In this document: piece by piece, positions 1 to 12,020 of the stretch | How positions within the stretch are numbered: the stretch's first letter is position 1 | How the letters are laid out: every line of letters starts with the position of its first letter | Origin: Malacoraja senta | Taxonomy: Eukaryota | Direction of reading: 5' to 3' | Length of the DNA: 64,000 bases | NCBI GenBank assembly: GCA_038087875.1 | Contig: CM076000.1 | Location: 744,001 to 808,000, forward strand | The notes under the pieces: generated by a model | Database searches by the model: none | What the model saw: only the letters and a program-made list of their open reading frames with translations | What the model was told of the DNA's origin: nothing | Program-made: the position numbers and the translations under genes

Positions 1-152
1 CCCACAAATCAGGCGTCATACACATGATAAATGCTATGTTCTTGTTATTCGCCCTTAAATGGAAGTGCACTCATTTACGAGGCTGAACCACTTTGCAGAC
101 GGTTCAAACTGCTCGCTGAGTCAGTTTCCAAACACATTTCACACTGCTTACT

Positions 153-889
153 GTTTAAGAAGGAACTGCAGATGCTGGAAAATCGAAGGTAGACAAAAAT
201 TCTGGAGAAACTCATGAGGTGAGGCAGCATCTATGGAGCGAAGGAAATAGGCAACGAACTGAGCGGAGGTGTTCGGCGAAGCGATCGCCAAGCCTACGCT
301 TGGTCTCACCGATGTAGAGCAGCTGACATCTCCCTTGACTCCATTCAAGGACCCAAGCAGTCTTTCCAGGTGCGGCAGAGGTTCACCTGCACCTCCTCGA
401 AACTCATCTATTGCATCCGCTGTTCTAGATGTCAGCTGCTCTACATTGGTGAGACCTAGTGTAGGCTTGGTGATCGCTTTGCTGAACACCTCCGCTCGGT
501 TCGCAATAACCAACCTGATCTCCCGGTGGCTCAGCACTTCAACTCCCCCTCCCATTCCGAATCCGACCTTTCTGTCCTGGGCCTCTTCCATGGCCAGAGT
601 GAGGACCACTGTAAATTGGAGCAGCAGCACCTCATATTTCGCTTTGGCAGTTTGCACCCCAGCGGTATGAACATTTTGACCTCTAATTTCAGGTAGTCCT
701 TATTTTCTCCTCCCCTTCTCAGCTCTCCCTCAGCCCTCTGGTTCCACCTCTTCCTTTCTTCCTCCTGCCCCCACCCCCCCCTCCCCCCCCACCCTCACAT
801 CAGTCTGAAGAAGGGTTTCGACCCGAAACATTGCCTATTTCCTTCGCTCCATAGATGCTACCTCACCCACTGAGTTTCAGCATTTTTGT
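153..889. mobile_element. Penelope-like element fragment (GIY-YIG 3' part) with inverted pseudo-LTR tails
   Basis: Plus-strand GIY-YIG relic homologous to 33368-33700; inverted terminal copies of the PLE tail; 11-bp direct repeat cactgcttact at 142-152 and 890-900. Confidence 0.85.
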
Positions 890-1227
890 CACTGCTTACT
901 CAAGTGTTTCACCACTAATCACTGACCATTCTCAACTCATCTGTTTTTGAAATACACATCTGCACCTTTCATTACCTCTCCATTTATTAATTCCAGTGTT
1001 CGTCTGGCCAGTCTCTTATTCACCCTCCAAAATCTTTGACCAAACCAGAACTTTGCTGCCGAAACATTAACTTGCACCAATATCACTCCTGAGCTTAGAC
1101 CAACTATGGACCTCAGAACAACATTAATTCAATGTGAAAATCCTCAGCGTTTTTATAAAATCTTTCATGCCTTACCTTGTCCATCGCTCTGACCCACTAG
1201 TAGACATCTGATATATTCTCCTTTGTA

Positions 1228-1716
1228 CAGGTCCACCACCAATTTTCCAGAACCTGGTGGTCTGGCACCTCCTCCAATCCAGACAAAATTACGAAATTTC
1301 ACTTGAAATCCTCCCCGGAAGTCACCCCGAAAAAATTGTACTCAGGCCAGGTGAGACGGGGGATCTCGACCTCAGCGGGATTACTGCAGCCGATCGGGGG
1401 GTCGAATTTACCCGTGGCCAGAGCTCTGGAACTCCGGTCCGGTTGGGCCCGGCAAATCCATTCCCACAGCCCACTTCAGTGGCCGATCGGTGGGTCGAAT
1501 TTGTCCCCCGCAGCCAGGGCTCTGGAACTCCGTTCCCATAGTCGACTTCCGAGGCCGACTTTGTGGGCCGGTATCTCGGCCCCTTGCTGGCCTAGGTGGA
1601 CTGTTCCAGTACCGTTTTGACTCCTCTCGGGGGCCGTCGCCTCTGTTGGTCTGGCAAAACGGATAATCCAGAAAGACTCTGGAACCAAGGGTGAAGGAAA
1701 ATCGGTGGTGGACCTA
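1228..1716. mobile_element. Non-autonomous Tc1/mariner-superfamily (Tigger/pogo-like) MITE
   Basis: TIRs caggtccaccaccaattttcc / ggaaaatcggtggtggaccta flanked by TA; GC-rich interior with an internal duplication. Confidence 0.75.
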
Positions 1717-2668
1717 TATGTAGGCCTTTGCACATCCACAATTTTAATCATTCCACTCTAAGCACTTTTATTATCAGCTTAAAATTTTGGTTTTCCATGA
1801 CTTCTTCAGTTTCCAAAAGTTTGCCTTCATTTTCACCACTGCATAAGATTCACCATAAATGACCAAACCTTAATTTGTCTGTCTCAGAAGTCACATATGG
1901 CTGGGCTTTTGAATTTTATTAGGTAACATTCTCATGAAGTGCCGTGGATATTTCACTACTTGAAATCATAACGTAATACAATAAAACAGAAACCACTGGG
2001 ATTATACAGTGGGTCAAGCAGCATTTGTGGAGACAGAAATAGTTAATGTTTCAGATCAATGATTCTCCCTTCACTCACTGGTGCTGCCTGGCCTTCTACG
2101 TAAGCACACAATAGTTTGTTTCATTCAATATTTCCTATAGGACATTGCTTTCAGATTTCTATAAATGCAAGTTGTGACCTGTAAATTGATTGCTGCATCT
2201 TCAAAAGTACTGTACAGTCCACTCTGGGTGAAGAATTCCTGACGTATGGATACCCCATATATGTGAGCGATCGTTTGGAAGATAGTGGGAAGGATGGGGA
2301 TGGATTTGCTGCCTGCTGCGGCTACAGGCATCTTCTGCCATGTGGAAACGGGGCACCTACATGCCTTCCCCCCCCCCCCCCCCCATCCTGAACTACTCTT
2401 CCCATGCTCACTAACTCCCGTCACAGCTACTTCTGTGATTCCCCCGCACACACTGTTTTTGTTCATTTTCAATTTGCAAACGGTTCAGGTTAAGAATAAT
2501 TTGCAGGAACAGAACCCTGCCTTAATCTGGGCACTTCCTGTAGTTGCTCTAAACTGTGAGGAGATATTCATAAACCATGAGAGACATTACATAAAAAATA
2601 CTGTGCACTTCATTTCATTTTCAAATAATGCTAATTGTTAATACCATCGTATGAATAATCTGATTTAC

Positions 2669-2788
2669 CTGGTAAACTGCTTACAAGTTGATCTCTGATA
2701 AAGTCATCCACCTCCTCCGATTTTAAATAATACTGCCCATTTGGTTTGGCCTTACGAGTGGCCATTCTGGCCAGCAGAATGTTCGATC
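2669..2788 (-). CDS. REV1: REV1 exon 12 (last exon in window; gene continues beyond position 1)
   Basis: GSNILLARMATRKAKPNGQYYLKSEEVDDFIRDQLVSSLP; 120 nt, tag/GTAAAT, phase 1 to 1. Confidence 0.96.
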
Positions 2789-3880
2789 CTATTAAATGCA
2801 GCACAGTGGCATTAGTATGTCCAGAATTAGAATTTTAATTTCTGGCTTTATTTTCCATGCGTTAATTTCTCCATGGAAAAAGATGAATTCTTCCTGCAAC
2901 TATATGTTTTTACAGGCTTTGGGACCTCACTCAAATAGTGATACTGCATGTTCCTAGGCAGCAAGAAATTCTCCCCATTTCAATAATTCAAATCTTCTAC
3001 TGATATCCTTAAGTGTACCTTCCAGCTTAGTCAATGGACAGTATAGCCTATGGTGCCGAACCTTAAAGTTACATAAAAAGATCCACAAATCGTTTGCATC
3101 AGTGCAACTAATACATCTGATCTAACTGTGAATATCATCAATGAAAGGATTTGCTGTAAACTTGTACTGACTCAAGAGTTCTTGGTTTTATGGTACAAAC
3201 ATAATTATGCTTTTTAAAAGGAAAGAAAAAGTGCATGAACCAAATGAATCAATTGTTCATTGATTGGTAAATGTCCAACTTTTTTTTAGTTTTAAGTATC
3301 TCTAATACGGATTTTTTAAATATAGTAGTTTATCTTGACCTGGCCATTGCTATCAAGGCCAAGCCTAATTGCCCTTTAAAAGGTGATGGTGATCGTCAAC
3401 CATCGCCATCTGGAGGCACTGAATTTGTGCTGGTAAAGTTATGCCAATAAATTTCCAGGTTGAGATGGTGCGTAAATTGGAGGCAAACCTGCAGATGGGG
3501 ATGTTCTCATATACTTGAAGCCTTTTCCTGCTGGGTGGTACAGGTTGTATGTCTAGAGTGCCATTGGAGTAAACAAAGTGAATAAATACAGTGTATTTTG
3601 ACGATGGTATTCACTAGACTGTACATCGTGTGGAGGGAATGAATATTTAATGTAGTGTTTGGAGTGCTCCATGGTAGCAAACGACTGGAATGTTCTAGGA
3701 GTTGCATCTTGTGAGGCTTCTGGAGTAGGTTAGGAAGCGGATCACACAGCAGAATTCATAATCTCTGACTTGCTCATTTTTAGCCAGTACATTTAGTAGC
3801 TGACCCAGTTGAGTTCTTGGTCAATGATGTTCCCACGGGATGTCGATGGTGGTAGAATTGACAATGGTAATATCAATGAA

Positions 3881-4170
3881 GGCGGCACAGTGGCACAGCT
3901 GGTAGAGTTACTGCCTCACAGCATCAGAGCCCAAGGTGCAACCCCGACCTTGGGCGCTATATGTGTGGCGTTTTCAGATTCTCTCTGGGACTACATTGGT
4001 TTCCTCCAGGTGTTCCAGTTTCCTCTGAAAAACGTGGGGTTTGAAGGTTAATTGTAAATTGCCCCCTGTGTGTAGGGAGTGGATGAGAAAGTGAGATAAC
4101 ATAGAAAAAATGTGAATGGTTGGGCCAAAGGGGTTGTTTCCATGTGGTATCTTTTAATCAATCAATCAAT
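3881..4170 (+). mobile_element. HE1/V-SINE (tRNA-derived)
   Basis: ggcggcacagtggcacag head, V-domain, CR1-like tail ending in (caat)n. Confidence 0.8.
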
Positions 4171-4888
4171 TGACCACCAGGTGGCGCCAGCAATGGCTGC
4201 CTCGCCAACAGTCTGTCTGTCCCTTCCTTCTCTGTTTTTTATAGTATGTGTTAAATGTATGTTTTAGTGTTCTTTAGCTTGTTTTATGTGGGGGGTGGGA
4301 AACTTTTTTTGAATCTCTTACCTCGACGGAGATGCGATTTTTTTCCCCTAACGTATCTCCGTCTGCACTGCAGCCTAACATTGAGGAATTGGTGGCCTTT
4401 GCTGGAGACCGACTTCGGGAGCTCCAACCACGGGAGCCTGCGGACTTAACATCGTGGAGCTCACAGTCCCTGGTTAGAGACCGACTTCGGGAACTCCAAG
4501 CCGCAGGAGCTTTGACCGCCCCGACGCGGAGCTTCGATCTCCCCGACGCGGGGGCTTAGATCGCCCCGACGCGGGAGCTTCGATTGCCCCGGCGCGGGAG
4601 CTTCGATCGCCCCGACACGAGGGCTTCGATCTCCCGCTGCGGGAGCTTCGATCATCCCGACGGAAGGTTCGACTGCCCCGACCGTGGGAGAAAAATGAGG
4701 GAAGAAGATTAGATGTTGCCTTCCATCACAGTGAGGAATGTGGGGAAGCCGCTGTGGTGGATGTTTATGTTAACTTTTATGTAGTTGCGTGTCTTGTTGC
4801 TTTTTCTTTAGTATGGCTGTATGGTAAAACGAATATCACTGTATCTTAATTGGTATACGTGACAATAAAAGACCTTTAAAACCTTTGA
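4171..4888 (+). mobile_element. Unclassified interspersed repeat with internal 23-bp tandem array
   Basis: About 7 units of ccccgacgcgggagcttcgatcg at 4500-4690; 3' end gtgacaataaa resembles other Rex1-type tails in this window. Confidence 0.55.
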
Positions 4889-5027
4889 ATGTCACAGATC
4901 GGTGGTTATCTTTTTGTAGATGGTTACTGCCTGCAATTTCTGTGGTGCAAATGTTACTTGTGTATGATGGATTGTTGCCCAGATGAGCATGTGGACTGTT
5001 TCATTTGCTAAAGAATTGTCAATGCAC

Positions 5028-5220
5028 TCTCTACACACTAAGGGCAATTTACAAAGACCAATTAACCTACACACTCGTATGTCTTCAGAATGTGGGTGGA
5101 ATCCCACGTAGTTACAGGAAGAATATGTGAACTCAAAACAGATGACACTCAAAGTCAGGATTGAACTCGGGTTTCTAGTGCTGCGAGGTGCGGTTCTACC
5201 AGCTGCACCACTACGCTGGC
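5028..5220 (-). mobile_element. HE1/V-SINE, diverged
   Basis: Reverse match to the other HE1 copies in the window. Confidence 0.7.
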
Positions 5221-5346
5221 CGATACATTTTTGAATCTTCTACAGCCTGAAATAATCTTCCTATTCGGAAATAAGAAACTGTAAAAATATTTAGAAGTCC
5301 AACACTGAAAAGTTAAAGGTTTGATTTCTGCTATCTAGATACATAC

Positions 5347-5502
5347 CCATTCCAGCTGATGCAGTACATTGTGTTTTTTCCTTAATCTCTGATCGAATAA
5401 CAGTTGCTATCGCATCAGGTGTCAAACCAGTTTCTGCACAGATTGTTGATATGTCCACAAGAGCTTCATCACAGCTGACAGCTTCAATATCATAAGTGTA
5501 GG
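5347..5502 (-). CDS. REV1: REV1 exon 11 (catalytic SCDE motif); acceptor is 1 nt out of phase as assembled
   Basis: YTYDIEAVSCDEALVDISTICAETGLTPDAIATVIRSEIKEKTQCTASAGM; donor GTATGT at 5346. The AG at 5504-5503 leaves 2 nt before TAC where 1 is needed (see findings). Confidence 0.92.
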
Positions 5503-6586
5503 CTAAATGCAGAGAAGAACGAGAGAAATGAATTAGTGCATATACTGTATTGATTGTTTAAAAAAAATATATAGGACGATGGTGCATGCTTTTTTATGCC
5601 AGAATCATGCTCATAATCGAAACCATTCGATGGAAAGTTTTTTTGACCATCAAATTTTGAAGTCAATTCTTATTAGTCAAAATCCACTGTGACAATATTT
5701 CACATCCTTTTTCTCCTGAGATGCTGCCTGTCCCACTGAGTTACTCCAGCACTTTATGTCCACCTTCAATATTTCCCACCAGATGGATTGTCTGAGCCAG
5801 AAAAGCAGGAAATCTGAGCAATTTATTGCTTCTCAAGGGTACAAGTAAATTCGTTGTGAACATATCATGACAGTGCCATAATTGATCGACTATTCTTGAT
5901 TGTGGTAAATGGTTTTCACCAGTGATTATATTTAATTTCCAACATTATAAACACAACATTAAAAATATTATTCAGTCCATTTACCATACATATCCACATC
6001 AAATTACTACAGAATACACCTCAAAGTACTTAGTTGGTTGAAATATTGTATATTTTAGAAACATTTAGATATTTCTTAATCACCATATAAATGTTTAGTT
6101 TATTATTGTGACATGTACAGAGGTACAGTGAAAAGCCTTTGTTGCGTGCTATCCAGTCAAAGACTAAACATGATTACAATCAAGCCGACCGCAGTGTAAA
6201 GATAAAGGATACCATGTGTAAATCACGATAAAATAATACTTAATGTAAGGTCTTATAATCATCAAGGCTTCCCTTGGAATAAATAAGAAAAAAATACTAC
6301 CGCCTGCAGTTGGAGAATTGGTGAAAGTCTATCATAAATTGAATGCATTCATTCAAACAGACATGATAATGTTGAATTGTATGCAAGACTGATTCTGGCC
6401 AAACCAGACCTATGAATACTTAATTGATGCTCATCTATTAAGCCACCAAATTCAATAAAGCTCTTGCATTGCTTACAGCTTTTGTGACTTATGTAAATGA
6501 ACTCACGGGAACCACTGTTCATTCACACTCTTCAGCTTCATGCCATTAACTGCACATTCCATATCCTGCCTTTTACAGAACATATA

Positions 6587-8224
6587 CAGTGCCCTCCATA
6601 ATGTTTGGGACAAAGACCAATCATTTATTAATTTGTCTCTGTACTCCACAATATGAGATTTGTAATAGAAAAAATCACATGTGGTTAAAGTGCAGATTGT
6701 CAGATTTTAATTAAGGCCATTTTTATACATTTCGGTTGAACCATGTAGAAATTACAGCAGTGTTTATACATTGTCCCCCCCATTTCAGGGCACCATAATG
6801 TTTGGGACACAGCAATGTCATGTAAATGAAAGTAGTTATGTTTAGTATTTTGTTGCATATCCTTTGCATGCAATGACTGCTTGAAAACTGCGATTCATGG
6901 ACATCACCAGTTGCTGGGAGTCTTATCTGTGATGCTCTGCAAGGCCTGTATTACAGCCATCTTTAGATTATGCTTGTTATGAGGGCTAGTCCCCTTCAGT
7001 TTTCTCTTCAGCATATAAAAGGCATGCTCAATTGGGTTCAGATCGGGTGATTGACTTGGCCACTCAAGAATTGACAATTTTCTAGCTTTGAAAAACTCAT
7101 TGTCTTGCTGTAGAAAGTACCGCCAGCCGATGAGTTTTGAGGCATTTGTTTGAACTTGAGCAGATAGGATGTGTCTATACACATCAGAATTATTATGCTA
7201 CTCCCATCAGCAATAGAATTATTATGCTACTCCCATCAGCAGTAGTATCATCAATGAAGATAAGTAGGCCAGTACCTTCAGCAGCCATACATGCCCAGGC
7301 CATAACACCCCCACCACCGTTTCACAGATGAGGTGGTATGCTTTTGATCTTGGGCAGTTCCTTCTCCCCACCATACTTTGCTCTTGCCATCACTCAGATA
7401 TAAGTTAATCTTCAACTCATCTGTCCATAAGACCTTTTCCCAGAACTGTGGTTGCTCTTTTAAGTACTTCTTGGCAAACTGTAACCCGGCCATCCTATTT
7501 TTGCGGCTAACCAGTGGTTTACATCTTGCAGTGTAGCCTCTGAATTTCTGTTCATGAAGTCTTCTGCAGACAGTGGTCATTGACAAATCCACACCTGACT
7601 CCTGAAGAGTGTTTCTGATCTGTCGGACAGGTGTTTGGGGATTTGTCTTCATTATAGAGAGAATTCTTCTGTCATCAGCTATGAAGGTCTTCCTTGGCCT
7701 GCCAGTCCCTTTGCGATTAGTAAGCTCACCAGTGCTTTCTTTCTTCTCAATTATGTTCCAAACAGTTGATTTTGGTAAGCCTAAGGTTTGGCTGATGTCT
7801 CTAACAGTTTTATTCTTGTTTCTCAGTCTCATAATGGCTTCTTTGACTTTCATTGGCACAACTTTGGTCCTCATGTTGATAAATAGCAATAAAAGTCTCC
7901 AAAGGTGATGGAAAGACTGGAGGAAAGACTAGGTGCTGAGGCATTTAAACACACCTGAGCAATTACAAACGCCTGTGAAGCCATGTGTCCCAAACATTAT
8001 GGTGCCCTGAAATGGGGGGGGGGGGGGGGGGGGGACAATGTATAAACACAGCTGTCATTTCTACATGGTGAAACCAAAATGTATGAAAATGGCCTTTAAT
8101 AAAATCTGACAATGTGCACTTTAACCACATGTGATTTTTTTTCTATTACAAATCTCAAATTGTGGAGTACAGAGGCAAATAAATAAATGATGGGTCTTTG
8201 TCCCAAACATTATGGAGAGCACTG
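6587..8224 (-). mobile_element. Full-length Tc1-like (IR/DR type) DNA transposon with disrupted transposase (about 7889 to 6830)
   Basis: TA-flanked TIRs of about 225-240 bp starting cagtgccctccataatgtttgggaca, with inner and outer direct repeats. HTH, GRPRK, VLWTDE, QQDN and WPSQSPDLNPIEH motifs present. Frameshift near 7310, duplication at about 7185-7240, and deletion after QQDN. Confidence 0.95.
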
Positions 8225-9294
8225 TATCACCCAACTCTTATTCTTACTAATTTACCATCTGTCACTTCTTTGTTCATTTGACTTGCTGTACTTTCTTGAA
8301 ATCTTGAAGTATTTTCTACTGGTGTGCCAAATTACACCTTTTTTGTGTGTTGACACATTGTTTCCTGATATCTGTCAAACTAAAGTGGACTCCGCATTCA
8401 CGCACAGATAAACTTCAAAACCTTCTCAAATGAGTTAATTATTATTTGATAAGGTAGGAGGGAAAAGATTTCTTCCTGTGGGGCAGTTCAAAACAATAAG
8501 GGATAACAATTGAGTTTGAGATCAACCATTCAGCAACAAATTCAGCAGGCTTCTCTTCTCAAAAAGATGAATGAAAATCTGGATTTTTCTTGGTTAAGGT
8601 CAAGGCGAGGTCAATTGAAAACGTCAAAACCAAGTATGATAGAGTTTTACTCTGTGAGGTTATCAAGAGATGAGTAATCAAGGTGGATAATTGGGGTAGA
8701 AATACAAATTAGCCATAATCTAACCGAATGACGGAGGATTTACAGAGTTGAATCCCTGTTCTGCAATTGCAATCTATTTAGTCTTCCTTTCATGTTCATT
8801 AACTGATTTTTTACCAATTTGGTTATATTATCTCCTGAGCCAAATTATTGACTCTTTTGAAATATTGTATACGTGCTTCTACTTAATCCTACCGTTCATG
8901 TATTCATAAACAAAAGTCGTCAAACATGAGCTGACTTTACAATTCCAAGTGTGAAACCTTCTCAGTGGTTGAGTGCTGAATTGAGTACTTTCCAAGTTCA
9001 GGATTGGTTATCCTTTGTTATTTTGCTTTAAAGTTTAGCATACTGCGCACAGACAAGTAGGAAGCTGAAATTTTGTGTTATCCATATTGCACATATAGGT
9101 AAATATCTACCTGGTACTTAAATTGAGCTGTCAGAAGTAACTACTTTTGCAGAATGCAATTAAAAGTAATTAACACACAGCTGTAAACTCAGCATTTTCC
9201 ACTTGTTTAAATTATGTATTTAGATTACTTTATAAAACAATGCATTGATATAATTATGAATTGCATTAATGTTACATACAATAAGCTAAATTAC

Positions 9295-9423
9295 CTCGCT
9301 AAGGTTTCATACATAATTGACGCCACTTCTTTGTAAGCTTTGAAGTTGTAGCTAACAGCCTGAAGATCAGGGCATAACTGTTTTGCTTGTCCATAAAACA
9401 TGCCATTCTTAATACCAGTCTGT
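9295..9423 (-). CDS. REV1: REV1 exon 10
   Basis: QTGIKNGMFYGQAKQLCPDLQAVSYNFKAYKEVASIMYETLA; 129 nt, cag/GTAATT, phase 2 to 2. Confidence 0.96.
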
Positions 9424-9883
9424 CTGTCAAGAAATGACATAAAACCAATTACATTCAAAATTCACAACACATCTTAATGGCCAAATTAAATAGAAGATTT
9501 AGTAAGGGGGAATATTCCATTTTAAAAGCCAAACTTGAAAAGTCTATGTTGTTGTCAGTCAGGCAGCTAAATAAACAGCTGGCCCACTGAGCCTGAAGCA
9601 GAACAGCCTCTTTTTCTTAGCTGACTGACTAGCTAATTACATGTTTTTGATCACTCTTAGGATATCCCACTGGATCATCATCAAGCTACTGCCACAGGCT
9701 CAGATTTAATATTAGCAGATGGGATTTTTATAAATAGCTCCTGAATTAATCACAACATTTATAAAGTGTCCTTGCTGACAATAAACAAGACAAATAAATC
9801 AAGCGCAACAAACACCATACGAAATGCATAAACCTTTTATTCTATTTTTTAATTATCTTGAAAATCAGATATTTTTTATTTAC

Positions 9884-10016
9884 CTAGCTTCATAACTACA
9901 AGATGCAATTTCTGCCATTGATAAGGCCATCAGATCCATGTTAATACCATTCACAGAGGCAGGATTTGCATTCTCCCAGACGTTGCCATCTACTTTATCG
10001 GACACTTTTTTCTCTT
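9884..10016 (-). CDS. REV1: REV1 exon 9
   Basis: EKKVSDKVDGNVWENANPASVNGINMDLMALSMAEIASCSYEAR; 133 nt, tandem TAGAAG acceptor, donor GTAAAT, phase 1 to 2. Confidence 0.94.
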
Positions 10017-11027
10017 CTATAAAAACAATGAAATTATCACTGTAAATCTGGCACTATTTTTTTTTTCATTTCCCTCTTTTATGGTATATTAAATCCCCAC
10101 AAATAAATGTAGAACATAAAGGAAGTAAATGCAAATAAAAATCACACCGACATTAGCCTTCGCTTGTTAATATTGTTGAACAAATTTAGTTAATGTACCT
10201 TCCACATGAAGGCACTCATTTATTTATTTTATTCAAAAATCAGCAACAATATCCAGCAATGTGGGATTTTTAGCCTGGGCCACCCAAGCTGAATTGTTTC
10301 AGTATTATTAAATTAAGCTGTTAAGCATTTCTCAGGGACCATGCATACTTTTTATTTATGCAACAACCATAACTGTAATGTTAGTGCAGAAGAATTGGTG
10401 CTGGTGGATGTATGGTTCAGCACACACATGTTCAATAGTCAAGTCTCTGTTTTTATCTCCCTATGTTCATAACTTGCTTGGAGACGGGGAAGGAGAGAAT
10501 ATCAATGCAAGAACACTCATATTGAGCAAACTGCACGAGGATACTAATAGTACAAAGTTGTTTAAATTTAATTTGTACAGTAGCTTAAAAATAGATAATG
10601 ATGAATCTTCTACCTATTATACATTCCAGCTGATTTTCGTGGAAAAAATAGAAACAGAAGTCAGGCAAATTGTAGCATGGGCTCCAAACTCGCTAGTGGC
10701 ATTTTGCCATTGTAGTAAATATAAAACTTCTCCGATTGAGAGCTGTTATCAATTAAGGAGGTGGGATAATGAATTAATTATTGTCTTTGAGAAAATTAGT
10801 TTAGTGTCTAACTCATTAGTTTCTTTGTCTCCTGTGCTTTTATTTTTAAAGAGCTTCGAATAGTTTCATTTTGACATTAATCCTTAAAAATTACTCAATA
10901 CTACAATTACTTCCATGAAGAATGAAGCAATCAGAAATTCCAGAATGTGGCGTGCACACAAATTGAAAGCTAGACACTTTTACATTAACTAAGAGAAATA
11001 CATATTATGGCAATATTAAATCCTCAC

Positions 11028-11144
11028 CCATTTTGTCATTTATCATCTTCTTCTGGTAATATTGCATTTCAAACTGTGGGTTAGCACTTGGTCGGACGGA
11101 CACTCGACCATGACCTCTGCTGTGGGTAACAGCTACAGGCTTTC
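11028..11144 (-). CDS. REV1: REV1 exon 8
   Basis: GKPVAVTHSRGHGRVSVRPSANPQFEMQYYQKK; 117 nt, tag/GTGAGG, phase 1 to 1. Confidence 0.96.
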
Positions 11145-11367
11145 CTAGAAGGCAAAAATGGAAAAGTTCAGTTCTTACCCTTTACTCAATTTTTCACATA
11201 TTAGAACTATACTTGTTCTTCCTCTTGGAGTATGGATAACAGAAAACAAATTATTGCTATGACTTAATTCTAATCTACTCGTGCAGATATTGTCCATCCA
11301 CTTCAATAGTTCAAAAGTTTTAAAGACTTGCCCTAAGATGGCCACTGTAGAACTGGCCTCGAACAAT

Positions 11368-12020
11368 CAAGTCAAGTCAAGTGAGTTTGTCATGTGTCCC
11401 AGAAAGGACAATGAAATTCTTGCTTGCTGCAGTACAACAGAATATAGTAAGCATAATACAGAACAGTTCAGTGTGTCTATATAGCATAGACCATATATGT
11501 ACACATAAATAAACAGATAAAGTGCAATAGGCTGTTACAGTTCAGAGTCTGTTTGTTGGCGAGTTTAATAGCCTGATGGCTGTGGGGAAGAAGCTGTTTC
11601 TGAACCTGGATGTACCAGTTTTCAGGCTCCTGTACCTTCTACCCGATTGTGGCGGAGAGATGAGTGCGTGGCCGGGATGGTGTGGGTCCTTGATGATGTT
11701 GGCAGCCCTGTTGAGGCAGCGACTGAGATAGATCCCTTCGATGGTGCGGAGGTCAGAGCCGATGATGGACTGGGCAGTGGTCACAACTTTCTGCATTCTT
11801 TTCCGCTCCTGGACGCTCAAGTTGCCGAACCAAGCCACGATGCAACCAGTCATCATGCTCTCTACTGTGCACCTGTAGAAGTTCAAGAGTCCTCTTTGAC
11901 ATACCGACTCTCCGTAATCTTATCGGGAAGTAGAGGCACTGATGTGCTTTATTTATAATTGCATCAGTGTGCTGGGACCAGGAAAGATCTTCGGAAATGT
12001 GCACGCCCAGGAATTTGAAG
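11368..12020 (-). mobile_element. Rex1/Babar-type LINE 3' fragment
   Basis: FKFLGVHISEDLSWS, YRCTVES..TGCIVAWFG, SGRRYRSL..TSRFRNSFFP; tail of (ttgac)n. Confidence 0.85.

Noticed and set aside
1..2668. REV1 exon 13 (expected GVG..M..KL)
   Set aside because: Not found by eye; presumably lies beyond the window start.
7278..7889. Active or domesticated Tc1 transposase
   Set aside because: Frameshift, duplication and deletion disrupt the DDE domain; only the N-terminal DNA-binding part is open.
10378..10863. 161-aa plus-strand ORF, and the similar 202-aa ORF at 31544-32152
   Set aside because: Antisense intronic, no motifs, composition of random AT-rich DNA; the second runs into a PLE hairpin.
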